From positions 1 through 10,399 of the forward strand of contig JBHGNT010001277.1 in assembly GCA_043228905.1 (NCBI GenBank): DNA of 10,399 nt, given 5' to 3'. The notes below the pieces were generated by a model. That model ran no database searches and had not been told where the DNA came from. It worked only from the letters and a program-made list of their open reading frames with translations. Numbering within the stretch: position 1 is the first letter of the stretch; each line of letters begins with the position of its first letter. This DNA is from Azolla caroliniana (lineage: Eukaryota > Plantae > Polypodiophyta). The translations under genes and the position numbers were made by a program. Positions 8,437-10,399 of this stretch are shown one piece after another.

Positions 8437-8440
8437 CCGT
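8437..8440. repeat. Target-site duplication, right copy (CCGT)
   Basis: Identical to 907-910. Confidence 0.9.
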
Positions 8441-10399
8441 GTTTGCCACCTCAGCCCAATACGATTTCGACAGGTTCTTTTCATTCATCATTACTCTTGC
8501 CACCTCCAATATATGCCGATTTTTACATTTGGCTACTCCGTTTTGTTGAGGTGTGTGTCAACATGAGAATTCTCGGCGAATTCCTTACTTTCGGAGGTAT
8601 GCTATAAATTCGCCCAAGAAATATGCCTTGCTCCCATCCAATTGAAGGCATTGAACATGCCAACCGGTTGCCTTTTTCAACTTCATTCTTGAACTTTTGG
8701 AAGTGTCTGAACACTTCGCTCTTTTGCAGCACAGGGTAAATGCAAGTATGCATGGAGAAGTCATCGATGAACGTCACATAGTAACGACAACCACCAAATG
8801 TTGCCTTCTGGACCGGTCCCCATACATCTAAATGAACTACATCCATAATCCCTTTGCTCACGTTCCTCTCTTTCGGGAACGATTGTCGATGTTGTTTGCT
8901 GAATAGACAGGCTTCGCATACACTTACCATCTCCTTCTCAGTAAAAGTCGGGAGTCCGATGACAACTCCTTTTGACTGCATCCCTTTAAGTTTTTGGAGA
9001 TTGATGTGGCCGATTCGTTTGTGCCACAATTCGATGTCAGTGTCGGCTTTCCGACCCTTGGCATACATAGCCGATTTCATCTCGTGAGAATCGAAGATGA
9101 ACATTCGGCCTTCTCTTCGATCACGAGCAATAATTCGGCCTTCCTTTTCGATGACACACCCTCCATTGTTGAACCGAACTTGCATGCCTTGTTCGACGAT
9201 CTGGCCGACCGAGACCAAATTCTTCGTTATTGTCGGAACCTGCAAGACATTTTTTTATGTAGGTCTCATTCCGCTCTTTGCCAAATGGGACATTGCCTAC
9301 ATATTGAATGAGGTGTATTGTGTCATTCCCTGTTTCACCATAGTCGGGTTGATCAGGTTTTTGGAGCTCTTGAAACCAATCTACATGGGATGTCATGTGA
9401 TTTGACGCACCCGAATCAACAAACCAAACATCTTCAGGACTAGAGGTGTTGGTCGAGCACGATTCCGTCATCGAGTTCGCGCTCTATCGCATCAGGAACA
9501 TTCCGCCACAATTGTCGTAGTCGGAATTCGAGGCGTAATTAGTGAGTTGTTGACTTGTGAATGTTGTCTCACTTTTCTTTTTTTGACAATTTGCCTCGTA
9601 GTGGCCGAATTTGCCACAATATTCGCACTGAATAGAGTTGTTATGTCGGTTGGGTCCCGCATGATTGCACCACCTTCTACCCGAGGCTCCGCCTCACGAG
9701 TTTGTGGCTTCTTGCCGATAGTAGAAGTTATGCTCATGGGACTGCCCTTTATTGTGTTGGCCTTGGCCGAATCGGCCTCTTCTGTCATGACCTTGTCCTC
9801 TTCCTCCATCTGAGTTCGAATAGAGCATGTGTCCCTTTTGCACATTGCTCCTCGCTTGAACATGATTCTCTTCAATTAGTAACATTGACTGAAGATCAAA
9901 GAAGGAGGGAGGATTCGCTCTCTCGAGAACGACCGATCTTATTGCACCAAACCGAGGTGCCAAGCCTCCGAGGCATATCTGCACCATTTCATCGTCATCA
10001 ATGCTGACATTTATCGATCCGAGGGCGTCGCACAACTTCTCTGATTTTCAAGGTGTAGCTACCAATTGACATGTCCCTCTATTGAATATTGTTCAACTCC
10101 TGCCAAAGTTGAAGTTTGCGACCAACCGTAATTGCTATGAAGATTTTCTTGAGGTTCCCCTACGTCTCCTTCGGCATTTTTGCCTCTTGAATGTAGCCGA
10201 GCATGTGGTCATGTACGCACGACGCAAGGCAGTACAAGTACAACACACTGCTAGGTAGTCGGTGTGTGTCAAGTTGGGTTGCGTTTCTTGCACTCCTTCG
10301 ATGTAGCCCCAATAGCCTTGGGCGATAAGGTATTGGTGCATCTTGTACTCCCAAGATTCAAAGTTGTTTCTGTCGAGCTTTTCGGTAGGAAGAGCGCTT
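8441..10399 (-). mobile_element. Decayed Ty1/copia retrotransposon, 5' part: gag, zinc knuckle, protease, GAG-pre-integrase, integrase core (several frameshifts and stops)
   Basis: Gag-like EKLDRNNFESWEYKMHQYL and CLGGLAPRF...LLIEE; knuckle CEYCGKFGHYEANC (9586-9627); protease WFVDSGASNHMT (DSG at 9409-9417); LWHKRIGH...CEAC; VHLDVWGP, YYVTFIDDFS. PR followed directly by INT is copia order. Continues beyond the right window edge. Confidence 0.95.

Overview
Repetitive eukaryotic DNA, probably from a non-seed plant such as a moss (inferred from the element types and a plant-type tRNA-Trp primer site). No host gene is present. A structurally complete, non-chromoviral Ty3/gypsy LTR retrotransposon (911-8436, minus strand, 4-bp TSD CCGT) is nested in the integrase of an older, decayed Ty1/copia element in the same orientation (8441-10399 and 1-910). 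The gypsy has two LTRs differing by only about 6 transitions in about 707 alignable bp, a tRNA-Trp PBS 8 nt from the LTR, and a PPT. Its layout is gag-protease / -1 frameshift / RT-RNaseH-integrase, with five in-frame stops. The main observations are: (1) a candidate -1 ribosomal frameshift cassette between protease and RT (G_GAU_UUU, 5-nt spacer, 9-bp stem, possible H-type pseudoknot); (2) a tRNA-like Pol III module (A box, B box, D and T arms, AT-rich tail, twin hairpins) in U3 of the 3' LTR, divergent to the Pol II promoter; (3) loss of that module from the 5' LTR by a 273-bp deletion patched with locally templated inverted filler DNA. The copia also carries an older 349-bp tandem duplication. 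All alignments and counts were done by eye.
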